DNA of 64,000 bases from Octopus sinensis (Eukaryota). Location: the NCBI RefSeq assembly GCF_006345805.1, contig NC_043014.1, positions 29,698,001 to 29,762,000 on the forward strand, in the 5' to 3' direction. Shown here one piece after another: positions 42,380 to 55,116 of the stretch. How positions within the stretch are numbered: the first letter of the stretch is position 1; every line of letters begins with the position of its first letter. The notes below the pieces were generated by a model. The model was given only the letters and a program-made list of their open reading frames with translations, was not told where the DNA came from and did no database searches. Position numbers and translations under genes: made by a program.

Positions 42380-42900
42380 CTTGAAGGTTATTAACAAAGC
42401 ATATCTCTGGTGACAACAATTCTATAGGTAATTTTTTTTCCATTTAGGGATGTTGTGGGCTGGTGGAGTATGTACAGTTTTTCATGGAGGCAGAGTTGAC
42501 AATTATGAGCTTTTAGGTATGTAAGGAGAGTGTCTATCAAGGATGTTCCACGTTGGGGAAGTAATTTTGATGGTCTGGAAGTCTCCAGATGAAACAAGAC
42601 AGAGAGATGGAGTTTTCCCTGTCCCTTTACCTGAAGGAGTGCATGTATCTTCCTTTAGAGTCATTGGTTGTCATGCCCATGTAGTGTCTTGTAATGCTGT
42701 CAGATGGTGGATGGCTTGCTATAGATCATAGCTTTTCAGAGACAGGATTCTTACAATGGACAGTCAGTAAAATTTTGACACTTACCAGTTGAAATTTTGG
42801 GTGAAGACTGTGTGAGTATGTGTTTCCAATCTGGTGTAGTGTACAATGTTAGAAGCAATATTACTTGAGCATGAGTAGGTAACCATGACATTATGGGAAT
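42380..42900 (-). mobile_element. Penelope-like element GIY-YIG endonuclease relic
   Basis: Minus frames: CQNFTDCPL..CL, YMGMTTNDSKGRY, HSFR, SLSCFIW, and KAHNCQLCLHEKLYILHQPTTSLN, matching the PLE GIY-YIG region CxLCLxEKLxI. Confidence 0.72.
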
Positions 42901-42949
42901 TAAAGATTTTATGATATCTATTTCTTCTTGGGAAATACTTTTTAATTAC

Positions 42950-44430
42950 TGTTGAAAAACTCCTAGCTATCTTGGTCGAAACTTTTAGATTGATTGATAA
43001 GTTGAACTAAATTTCTTTTTCTAGCCTTCTTGGTTTGAGGATGAGACTTAGGCATCCTCCGTATTCACTAACTTCTCAATAGTTACTCCTTGTTATAGTG
43101 GAATGAAGTCTTGTTGGAGATCTCTCTGTCCACAAGTAGATAGAAGATTCTTCTATATAGGTTCATTGCTGGTGTTTGATTCTATCTTGACATCATATAC
43201 TATCAATATTGCCTGATAATTACTACCTAGAAGGCAGTTCTCACAAATTCTGAAGTTGCATGATCTTTGGTGGCCAGCTGTTTGCATATTTCTTCCATTT
43301 AGTTTTGTGTGTGTTTATATATAAATATATGTGTGTGTGAGTATTATGTATGTATGTATATATGTATGGTGACCATATGGTGACTGAGAACAAAATGTTC
43401 TCCACAGGACTAACAGTGATTCCCATTTTTCTTTTTCTGAGTGATTTCAGAATCCTACTTGCCTGTTGCTTACTAACTCTTACCCTCTTAGTAATATGGA
43501 CATGGAATGGTGCATCATTAGTCATATTGATTCCTAAGATCATGCATTAATTGTGACTCAGGGATTGCAGTGCCCCTCTTTCTGTGTATTTCGATTGCAG
43601 TCTGTCTGTGGGCTGATTGCAGAGTGCTTCAAAATTTTTTTAAGAATTAAACTTACTGATTTTTTTCTTCAGCTCACATTTGGGTCTTTCTATACTTTTG
43701 CATTACCTTCAGAATTTTTGGCTGTTTACAATACGTTTTTTGATTCAGCATAGTTCGTGTGAGTGGTTGACTGGATAACTAAGGACATGTCTCAGTCACC
43801 ACAAATAGTAGTGGTCCCAGTATTCTTTGCTGGGGGACTTTGTTTAGAATTTATGTGTCTTCTCAGAGCATTGTTGGCTGCACCTGCCTAACTCATATCT
43901 TTTTAAAATGCAGTTACTCTCCTAGTTTTCCAACTATGAGGTCATGCAAATTGTGACATAACATTCCATGATCAACTTGTCAGAAGCCTTTGCAAAGTCA
44001 AGATACATCACAACCGCAATTAAATGTCTCGATGGCTGTTTCATTACTCAATCATAATGCTGTAGTAGTTATGTAAAGCTGCTCCCTCATGGATGGAATC
44101 TGTACTGTATGTTAGGGAGCAAGCCATTTTCTTCTCAGAACATGATCACTTTCCTTCTAATAACAAAGCATTCCATGGCTTAGTTGTGTGAGATCAGAGA
44201 GATGAGCTTGTAATATTTTGCTTCTGCTCTCCTTCCTCCTGTGTGGTTAGGGCATATTATACCTTCATTTAATTGTCTTAGAAGTTTGTCATATGCAAGG
44301 AATCTATAGTAAAGCATCTGCCATAGTTTTGTGAGAGCCTTATGTAAATAAGAATTGCTTCTTTCCTGTGCAATGTTGAAGAATTTATCAGGTTTATTTA
44401 TTTGCATATCTCTCAGTGGGGCAGTGAAAA
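42950..44430 (-). mobile_element. CR1/Jockey-group LINE relic (RT and 3' domain)
   Basis: ILGINMTNDAPFHVHITK..RILKSLRKR..IWSPY resembles CR1 DLGI.MS.D.SF..HI..WILR.F..R..LWSP; upstream DVSLVIQSTTHTNYAE and YLDFAKAFDK-like segments. Confidence 0.65.
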
Positions 44431-46299
44431 CACTTTGAGATTATTTATTTTGTATGTCCTTTGATATGCTTTGGGGTCTGTATTCAATAAGCTATAGTGG
44501 CCAGATTTTGTATTGCTCCTTGGCAGATTCTCTTGCAAATTTGTTGATGGCCTTAGGGTTCATTTTCATATTTTCAACAGCCCTGGTTTTTCATCCACCC
44601 CCACTCCTTTTCAAAAGTGCCGCTTAGCCCACCCCTCACCCCCACAACCCACTCACATCGGTTTTTTTTCTGAAGAAAGACTTCTCAGTTGTTTAAATGA
44701 TTTGAAACCTTTAAAGTTTGAATTGTGTGTGAGAGAGAGAGAGAGGAGAGGGTACACATGCATACATATACATGCACTCAAATTCATACACATGTATAAA
44801 ATGATTAATTGAGGTATTTTCTTATCTGGTGTTACAGTTTAGGTAATAAGTGTTTTACCAAGCATGGTAAGAGTACATTATCTAGGTCAATGTACTCAGT
44901 GTCCATGTGTCATGCACATAGAGGTGATATTTCAGGTGAAAATCAATAGTCTACCTGGCTGGCTGTCCAGTCTAATGCAGAATGATAATCAGACATAAGG
45001 CAGGCAGCCAAGCAAGGCTGACTACTAAGTGGAAAAAAACGACCTTGTCATTGTAAAGACTGTCTGTTTCAGAGAAAAGAAAATAGCAAAGGAGTGGAGA
45101 GTGTTATTGATGTTAACTAGCTAGCCTGGCTTCTCTTGAATATTTACAAGGATCAGGCTAAATAAAGATTGAGTGTATTAGTTAATTAGTATCTGGAGGG
45201 TTATTTTTCTACACATTTGATGGAGTCTATGCCTTGGAGTTGCATGACTTTTTTATTTAAATATCACCATTACAGTTTCTTTCACATTTTTCTTACAACT
45301 TAATGATATCTGATGAAAAATGAGACAATACTTAGAAAATATCATATTTGTAACTTTTAATTATACTGGTTATGAAGTAGTTTTCCTAACATGTGAACTA
45401 GAATTATTTTAAAAATTACTGATATGTCTACATGTACATTCTTAATTTTAATTACAATAACTTTTAGTTTAGAAGGGTTGGATCGATCTTAAATTGATCA
45501 AACAACTATTTCTATTACTTTCAATTAGTGAAGAGATATTCAAAAGCTTTTAGGAACAAAATAAAATAGCAACAACAAAAAATTACAAGAAGGTAGAGAA
45601 GAAAAATTAGGAAGCAAGTTCATGAAAGGCATTGTGACTTATCTCATTTCATGGAACTAAAATCACTTTCTCCATGTAGGTAACATCACTTCAAATAACA
45701 CATTACTTTAACAGGACTATCTAGTCAGTTTGTTTTTTCATGCCTGCTTTTTCTCAGTGTACCACAATTCAAAGCATTGAAATTTTTTTATATTTCTTCC
45801 TTATCGTGTAAAATTAACTTGTAGTAGCTTCTTTTTTTTCTTCTCCTAAAACCTTTCGGACATTATTAACATATATTGATGCAGACCTATCTCCAAATTA
45901 ACATTGAACTGAATTTATAATTATAGATAATCTAGATGTACCTATTGTATGTACCATATGTTAATTAAGGTATGATGCTCACTGCCACTATTATCTATAA
46001 TTTACAACTCCTTAATATCAGCAATTGATCATGCAAGTTTGCTCCTGAAGTTTGATACAAAGAAATAAGATTATATAAACTCTCAGTTTTTGATGCCACC
46101 AGTAGTTGTGTGAATAGCCAGAGTTTTAAATTGATTTTGCCTAGCAAGATTGGAACCTCATACTTGTATGTTCATATCATATCTATTACCCTTCTACAAT
46201 TGGTGAAATGAGTAATGTGTGCCTGTATGTATACTAGTGTACACAAGTTATCAAAAATGATGACTGTTTTATTAATTATACAGGAAAGTACTTCTACTG

Positions 46300-46790
46300 A
46301 AAAGAAATTCAAGTATGGCAAGGGTAAAACCAGAATTTCCAATAACATTCTACATGGCAGGATGCTGCAAATCAAGGCCAGGAACAGCTATGCTATATGG
46401 GATATGGGAATGGAGTTTTCTGGATGGTGTAGATGACTGGGAGTGTGCAGCAGACCTTACAGGATCAGCAAAACAACCAGAAATCATCAGGCTTGAAGCT
46501 GGATATCATAGACCATTCCAATTCAACAGAGTAAATGATTGTTATTGAACTCACTGGGCTGTTTGAAGGCAGAATAGAAGAAGCACACATGTTCAAGACC
46601 AAAAAACATGTCCCAATCTGGCCAACAACCTGAGGAAGACACTTCCAGGTCAAGGTTCTTACTATAGGGGTTGGAGTCAGAGATTTTGTGGGTAAATCCG
46701 CTAATCTAATGAAACAAATCTCAGTCTCTAGGAAGAGCAGGACCAAAGCCCTAAATGCAATATCAGAGAGAGATGTTTCAGCTGGATCTG
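46300..46790 (+). mobile_element. REL-type non-LTR retrotransposon C-terminal relic
   Basis: LDGVDDWECAADLTG, DIIDHSNSTE*MIVIELTGLFEGRIEEAHMFKTKK, VKVLTIGVGVRDFVGKSANLMKQISVSRKSRTKALNAISE. Confidence 0.7.
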
Positions 46791-49700
46791 ATCAAGAAAC
46801 GATCTCCATACCTTTTGAAAGCAATATTTTTGTTTTAATGCTAAGGGAAGTAAATCTGAGTGAGTCATTGTAATAGCATTGACATTTCACTGCTACTATG
46901 ACAACCAGCATTATTTCTTCATTAAATAAGTTTGAAAGCTGAGTTAACAAAAAGGAGTTACAACTATATGAAATCACCAGGTGGTTTAAATGCACAAGTC
47001 TCCAAAATCCAAGTGGCTAAAATGTGTCATCAGAAGTCATGACCTGGATGCTGCCCAGCCCCCTTAAAGTGTACGAAGATAAAGGCCAAAACACTTGCCT
47101 GAACAGGGTTTCTTCTCTGAAGACCTTCTGCAGTTCAGCTCCCTTGTGAGTTTCCTACCACTGTGTGTGTGTGTGTATTGATATTCATGAACAGTTATGC
47201 GAAGCTCTGAGTAACAATTTGTGAAGTTTTATCAGATTCAATAAAATAATGTGTGTGGTATGTAAGGAAACTGGGTGCGTATTCTCTGAGGAGTGGTCAG
47301 TACACTGAAATGGTTTGTGAAGAGACTTTCCTTTTTGTTTTCTACACGCTAAAAGCATAAAAGCTGCATACAATTAATGGTTTGTAATTTAGGCACAAAG
47401 CTGACAGTTCTGATGGGTAGGGATATTATTTGATACCATCAACTCCAGTACACTTGACTATGACTTTTTTTTTTTTATAAACCAGGGATGAGGCTGGGGA
47501 AGAAAAGCAAAGTTGATCTTGGTAGGATTTGAACTCAGAATGTAAAAACCAGAATAAATACAACTGAGCTTTTTTTCTGGTGCTCTGACAGTTCTGCCAG
47601 GCAAATAATAAAATTTATTAAATATAATAATTACATTTAATCCTGAAATATGTAGGTATAAGTTGAGCTTTTAATTTAGAACGTTGATCTAAGCTGATAC
47701 AGCCCACAGTAAAATGAAGGAATGATGAAACAATACATTATCAATATCTTTTAAGTCCCATTTTTCTGAGTGCTAATTTCCTTCTTTTTTTGTCTTGTTA
47801 CTAATCTCTTAGTTCATCCGCTGTTTGCTTCTGAATGAATATTCTAATTCCATAATTGATTTGTAAACTAATTTTGTTTTTTACAATCATTGATTTTTAT
47901 TAACTTCAAAAATTCACTCTGAAAATGAAATACTACTCTTATAATTTTTAAATTGTTAATAACATCTTAGAATCCTTTTAATTTATACTTACGTTATTTG
48001 AAACTTCTTTCTGTTTTAATAAATAAAATTTAAGGAAACATTTTGTAAATTACATTAGAACAGAGCATTTTATTTATTTTACTATAATCTTACAGCAGAT
48101 GGTATTTTAATAAAGTATTGTTTTCATAAATAACCCCACCCCCACATTTCCCATCTTGTTTTAAAGACAACACTCTTATTACTGTTTGTAACAGATCAGT
48201 GATATTTATAGCAAATCTTTCTATTCAATTAGCTTATTAGTGGCTTGATTTGGGGGGTTTTTTTGAGGGCCAATGTATGTAATCAAATACTCATTTTGAT
48301 ATTTGTATTATTGAACTATGCATGTGCAATTAGTCTAATGAGTTGCTAATCTTCTACTTTAAATTTTGTTTTACTTTAATGGCTTAGTGATAGCTAATTT
48401 CTTAATTGTATTACTGCTACTTTGCTGAAAAATTTGCTTTTTATAGATTTGAGAGAAATAATTTGAAAAGCCAACTTCTTAGCATTGATATGTCTGAACT
48501 CCTTTATGATTATTTAATAAGCTAGTGCTTTTGTCATGTTCGTGAATATATAGTTTAAACAAACTGCATGTTACAAGTATTATTCATATGTAGAAAAACA
48601 GACACAAAACAATGATTGTGCATTTAGAATAAAGTAAAGTTTGCTAAGTTGGATCTCTGACCTCAAAATTTTCAACATTAACTCCTTTATCAATTTTAAA
48701 TTATCAGTAGTATTTCATTTCCATGCTTATATGGGTTTAATGGAAACTTGGACCATACTGCCTTTCCTGCGCGTATTGGTTGAATCCTTGTAATGCCAAG
48801 CACACTTCACTTTGCAGTTTGTCTTTAATGCAAGTTAACATTACACATCCAGTGAATCATGCTTGCTTATTTCTCACCACCCACTACAGATCTTCCATAG
48901 TGAATACCATCTATCTCTCATTATGTGCAGATGGTATTTTGATCTATCTGTACTTTGATCTTGCCACTGGAAAATGTTTTGCATGAGTAACACTTATCTA
49001 ATACACTGTATGTTTTATTTTACATTGCCATCATTTCTTTCTTAGCTTTAATATATATAATTCCTTTGTTCAGTGGTTTTGGGATAACTCACATTACTTT
49101 GAATCAGTTGCTATTGCCTTTCATGGGAAAATTTGTATGTCGTACAAGTATTTTTTATAAAAAGAAGAAAACTTATCATAGATGGTATTAGAAAGCTGCT
49201 CTTTGTGATAACTCTGTTATAATTACCCTAAAACCTCTGCACTAATACAATTTACAGTTATTATTTACTATAAAGTTTCAACTGTTGAGCAAATTTTTTT
49301 CTTTTCTTCATCTTTTAAGAAAATGTAAACATATTGTACTCTGCATATTTTATTTCATTAACTGTTAAGGCTTGGGAAGATGGTCATTTTATTCAATTTC
49401 CCCCCATTCTCAGATATACTCCATTAGCATATTGTACGTAGCATTGCTGTGTTAATTTTTCCAGACAGATTTTCAGTATTGATATTTATCATAATGTTTT
49501 GTCATGTCCAGTAACCTGGTATTTGATGTCACGTCTTTTGTCTTCCTCTTGTGTGAATATCATCTAATCCTAGTGTGTAGCTCTTTTTCACCCAGCACTC
49601 ATTACTATATGTATCATATGCCTATACCAGTGCACTGTATCCATTAACTAATGTCTTTCGTACCAATTCTCTCTCTCTCACACTCACACACACAATATTT

Positions 49701-52599
49701 ATTTGTGCTTTACTTATTCTGATGTTTTCCTGGACTTCTTTTAAAGAACACATAAAACACTGACCAATGGGTTTCTGGACACAGTTGAGTCTATTTCTAT
49801 TTATCCATAGTAAGTTGCTGTAAATGACCAATGGAATGTCAGTTCATGTACTTTAAAAATAAATAAAATATGTGATATCGTAAAAGGAAAAACAAAAATT
49901 CTCACCACTGTTTTTACTGTATTTACAACATTGATAACTACCTATACCTATGGATAGGTATCTTCATTCATTCATTTTAATGTTCACTTTCCCATGTAAG
50001 CATGGGTTAGATGAATATGTTATTGAGGTATTGTTTTATAGGCAGATACCTTTCCTTTTGCTAGCCTTTACTTTTTTCTCTCAAGTAAGGGATCTCTTAT
50101 TCCACATTGCTTCAAATGCACAAAGTGAGTGGACAAGAAGTGCCATCATAACTTTTGAATAAGTGATCACAGAAATAAACAAACACAAGCGCATATGCAC
50201 ACAAACAGTTATACGATGGCTCTTTTCAGTTTCTGTTTACCAAATCCACTCACAAAGCTTTGATCAGCCAGAAGTATTAGCAAAAGTCACTTGCTCAAAG
50301 TGCCTATTACCACATGGTCAGAAAGCAAAATGCTTAGCGGAATTTCATCTCTCCTTATGTTCTAAGTTCAAATTCTGCTGAGGCCAGCTTTCCCTTCCAT
50401 CCTTTTGGGGTTGATAAAATAAGTACTAGTTGAGCAAGGAGTCAATGTAATCAACGTAACTCCTCCAAAATTTCTGGATTTGTGCCAGAATTTGAAACCA
50501 ATATGAAATTTCTTTACCATCAACATTTTAATGTATCTTACTGAATGTCAAACTGATGAAGAACTCTCTACATAACATTCAATAGAATCAACAAATGGTG
50601 CAGTGATTATGCATGCATCGGGTATTTCCTGATTATCTTAGTGTTTGTGGTTCTAGTTGACATTGTCACAAGGAAACTAAAATAGATTCCAGAGAACTAT
50701 AACTACATCAGTCAGTAAAGAACCGAGAAATTATTCAGTTTTGACCTAGGCAAAAACCTGATTTAGGAGCAAGTATAGCTAGACAGCCTATTTGTATGAC
50801 TCCTGCCTGCTCAAAATAAAAATCACTGTGTAAGATGCAACAGGACTTTAATAATCTGTTCTGTTAGCTTTTGATAAAAAATTAAAAACAGAATGTGTGC
50901 CAATAATTTTTGCATCATCATTTAGAAAATTTATTGTGAGAGCTTTATTTATTTGCAACCATATATTTTTTATCTATAAGTAATACACCAAAAATCCAGT
51001 AACAGTTTTGCTTGCATGTCAGTACATTGCCTATTGTGTGCATTTTCCTTAATATGAAATCTTGCCTATTCTTGATAATAATTTAAGATATGCCATTCAA
51101 TAAAGTTTAAGCAAATTTGTTTATTATATTTCATACAGAGTTTATCTATGGGCTTCATTTGTGAGAGATATTTAGGTGGTATGCTGTTTTTCTTCCACTT
51201 ACTCTGTTTATCTAGACCTACTGACCCAATCACAGTTATATCGTTAGTGTGCTTGTGCAGATACAAGAGTATATGTGGAGGTAGTGATGCGAGCAACTAT
51301 AAATGTGAATAAATGAATAGATTAGAGAAGCTAAACTAAACAGATTTATTAGGCTAGACTCTTAAGAAAGCACATAGCACTTAACTGCTTCTTAGCATCG
51401 CAGTAGATTATGTTTAAATGACCTGGTCAAAAGCCACACAAATTACGTGTGGGAGGAGATTTTGATTATAAAATATTGCACATATCAAGAATAAGCAATA
51501 AAAAGTTGAAACTACTTCACAAGCAATGAAGTGTTTATCAATAATAAAGACAATTGAAATAGGTATAATTTATGGAATACGTAGAGATCTAAAAGTTCTC
51601 ATTGTTTGTAGGTACATCAAATGTTAGTGATAGGTGATAGTTTGGTTACAGAAGTTGTATGTTTAAAAAAACACAAAGCAACTGTAGTTTTCCTGTTTTA
51701 AAATAAAACCTTTAGCCTTGATTAGTTAAATCTTTTATACATTATGAATCACTTTTGTAAATTTTAATGGTATTTCCATATGCTTATATCAAATTATTTT
51801 GAATCTGTTTCACCACAACTAAAATTGAGCTGTATGGAAAATTAATCAGTTGAAACCTAAGCTTTCATTCAGTATAAGTCTATTTATTTTTCAATAATCT
51901 GGTTTAGCAAAACAATCTATTATGTTGCATTTTTATCATATAGTTATCTATGACAAAACACTACAAATGTCTAGGTGTGTCTGTGTGGTAAAAAAGCTTG
52001 CTTCCCAACCACATGGTTCTGGGTTCAGCCCCACTGTGTGGCACTTTGAGCATGCATCTTCTACTATAACCTCAGGCCAACCAAAGCCGTATGATTGGAT
52101 GTGCTAGACAGAAACTGAAAGAAGATTGTCATATACACACACACACCCCTGTGTGTTTCTTATGTATGTTTTATTAACAAAGAAAATAACTATCTATATA
52201 ATGTAACATGGACATAAAATGTTGATGATAATGACAATGTATTGTCAAATCTTCAGCTACATGTAACCTTTGTATGTAATACTACTGGATAACTGTGTCT
52301 GTATATATTTGTTTCCCAGTCACCAACCTTCACTTGTTTTCCCATGGCTGGACATATTTGCAAAGAAGACTAGAAATGAATTACACTGTTTGTGCATATA
52401 TCAAGAGAAGGTTGCTGAAGTACACATGTATGCATACATTCAACATCTTTCTTTAAGTCTCTGTCTACCAAATCTCCTCACAAGGCTTTGGTTGGACCTG
52501 TAGAAAACATGCTGAATGTGCCAAGCACTGAGACTGAATCTGGAGCCATGTGGCTGGGAAACATTTTATCCACATAGCCTGTCAGCCATGCTTGAATCA

Positions 52600-53200
52600 T
52601 TAGCCTACCAGACAAAATGCTTAGTGGTATTTCCTCCAGCTTTAGGTATTTCCTCCAGGCGGCGAGCTGGCAGAAACGTTAGCACACCGGGCGAAATGCG
52701 TAGCCGTATTTCATCTGCCATTATATGCTCTGAGTTCAAATTCCGCCGAGGTCAACTTTGTCGTTCATCCTTTCGGGGTCGATAAATTAAGTACCAGTTA
52801 CGCACTGGGGTCGATGTAATTGACTTAATCCGTTTGTCTGTCCTTATTTGTCCCCTCTGTGTTTAGCCCCTTGTGGGTAGTAAAGAAATAGGTATTTCCT
52901 CCAGCTTTATATTCTGAATTCAAGTGTTGCCAAGGTCAACTTTGCTTTCCATCCTTCTAGGATTGATTAAATAAATACCAGTTGAGCAATGTGATTGATG
53001 TAATCGACTAACCTCTCCCCACAAAATCTCAGGCTTAGTGCCTATAGTAGAAAGGGTTGTTATAATAATAATAATAATAAAAGCTATAAACAGAACTGTT
53101 AGTGTGTTGGACAAAATGCTTAGTAGCATTTTGTCTTTGCCTTCCATACTTTCGGGTTCAATGAAATAGTGTACTGGTATCTATGTAATTGATTAACACC
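52600..53200 (+). mobile_element. Nested/tandem family A SINEs (young copy 52658-52890 inside an older copy)
   Basis: Young CpG-intact copy flanked by repeated GGTATTTCCTCCAG(CTTTA). Further family A copies at about 47385-47605(-), 50325-50500(+), 54180-54380(+) and 60105-60290. Confidence 0.88.
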
Positions 53201-54775
53201 CCCAACCCCATCCAAGTTGCTGTCATGATTTTAAACAAATTTTATTATTATTCATTTTAATGTCCACTTTTCTGTGCTTTCATGAATCGGACAGAATTCT
53301 TACAGGGATGGATTGCATTTAGAAGCTATTCATATATATGTGTATTTCAATTGACATAATAACAAATATGTTTCTGTGTTTCTGGAATGAATTAGACCCA
53401 TTACCAAAGGGTCCATTGTGTGTGCGTGCACGCACTACACATGGGGTGAGCTGCTTTCAGTTTCTGTCTACCAAATCCATTCACAAGGTTGGAGCTTTGT
53501 AGAAGACACCTATCCAGGGCTCCATGCAATCAGACTGAATCCAAAACCTTGTGGTTTGGAAGCAAACTTTTTAACCACATGCTTGAGCCTGTGTATGTAT
53601 TTATAATGTTGATAGTGATGGAGTTTATTTTTTTGTATTTAGTTGCTATTCCTTTAACATCATCTTTGCCCAAGAACATAAGAAAAAATAGCCTGCATGT
53701 TATATGACTCCAGCACTGCAAACCATAACCTACTATTACTCTTTATAGTACTTATCACTCAGCAACCAATTTTACAGAATCCATTTTAATTTTCATTTGA
53801 CATCACAATCTCCACCCTGTTTTAAAACTTTTTGCATTGAAGATACCTAAAAAAAGAAAAGTGAATTTAGATTATGCGTAATTCATTACTTAAGTGGTAT
53901 ATTTCTTTAAAAAGTTATCAAAATTAGTGATTTTAAATGAAAAATTAAATGCTTAATTCTTTTAAAAGTTACGATTAAATCTGATTAATAAATTTTTCTT
54001 AAATATAAATTGCAATATTATAATTATTTAACACAAATGATCATGCAAACACCTCTATATACATACAGCTGAAAATGTAGTGAATATTTGGATAGTTTTT
54101 ACAGCTGGCAAATCTGTTTTTGTCGTTAGCAAACTTTATACTTTGTTATCATTTATGGTTATATAAAGTAACTAGTAGGCTGAATTGTCAAAGCCTGAGA
54201 CAAAATGCTTAGTGACATTTTTCCCCCAGCTCTTTATGTTCAGAGTTCAAATCCTCCCAAGGTCAACTTAGCTTTTTATTCATCTGGGTTTGATAAAATA
54301 AAGTACTAGTACTGGGACTGGTAGTATCAACTACTCTCCATCTCCTCAAAATTACTGACCTTCTACCTAAATCAGAAACCATCATTTATGGCCATCCCAG
54401 AAATGTTCAATTACCATATTTTGGAGACAGAAGAGGCATTTAATGATGATCTTTTTTTATCTAATAAATTATATCTGTCTTCCTTTTTCCTTGTCAATTA
54501 CTTTTTTATATGAGCTTTTATATCCAAATTAATAATAAATTAAAAAGAAAATTCCTTAGATTTTTTTTTTCTTTTCTTAATACTTTAAAAGGAAAGGTTC
54601 CCTGATTGAATTAATATCATGTTTTATTTGTTTTATGTAAATAAAAAATATTATCAATGTGATTTGTTGCTTATAAATAAATTAATTATTTTCTACTGCT
54701 TTAAGACTATTCCCAAATGATAGAAACAGAATATTATGCAACTTTATTTTCTATTGTTTCTTTTTCTTTATTTAG

Positions 54776-54839
54776 AAACTACAAAATATTTTATTGGTTT
54801 ATGGCTTACTATGAAATGATTACTATTCATAGCCTACAG
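54776..54839 (+). other. Candidate 64-nt exon just upstream of mir-100
   Basis: Acceptor TTTCTTTTTCTTTATTTAG| and consensus donor CAG|GTAAGT. Confidence 0.6.
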
Positions 54840-55032
54840 GTAAGTATACCTACTTGCTAATATACACCTTGTATTATGTATTTGAAAATCTCAAAAGCAG
54901 CCTTTTAATCTGTATGCAATTAAAATACAATCACCAGAAAGATGAGATGAATGAATACTGGATTCTTGTTTTAACACATTATGTTTGCTATTTCCCAAGG
55001 CTCTACCTCCTTAACTTTTTCCTTTTGTGCGT

Positions 55033-55116
55033 GGCCTGGTTACACAAACCCGTAGCTCTGGACTTGTGTTGAGGTTGGGTCACAAGCTCACGCTTATGGG
55101 TCAGTGTCGCTATGGT
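55033..55116 (+). ncRNA. mir-100: mir-100 family (mir-10/99/100) precursor hairpin; mature 5p 55047-55068, star about 55083-55104
   Basis: 5p arm AACCCGTAGCTCTGGACTTGTG matches canonical miR-100 AACCCGUAGAUCCGAACUUGUG at 19/22 positions with an identical seed. Hand-folding pairs 55042-55068 with 55081-55107 (12-nt loop) and gives a basal stem. The 3p arm CAAGCTCACGCTTATGGGTCAG resembles miR-99/100 star sequences. It lies 1.3 kb upstream of let-7, the conserved cluster order. Confidence 0.93.

Noticed and set aside
54776-55114. Spliced ORF NYKIFYWFMAYYEMITIHSLQ-LWTCVEVGSQAHAYGSVSLW
   Set aside because: No recognisable family; the second half is the mir-100 hairpin, and joining to the upstream exon creates TGA.
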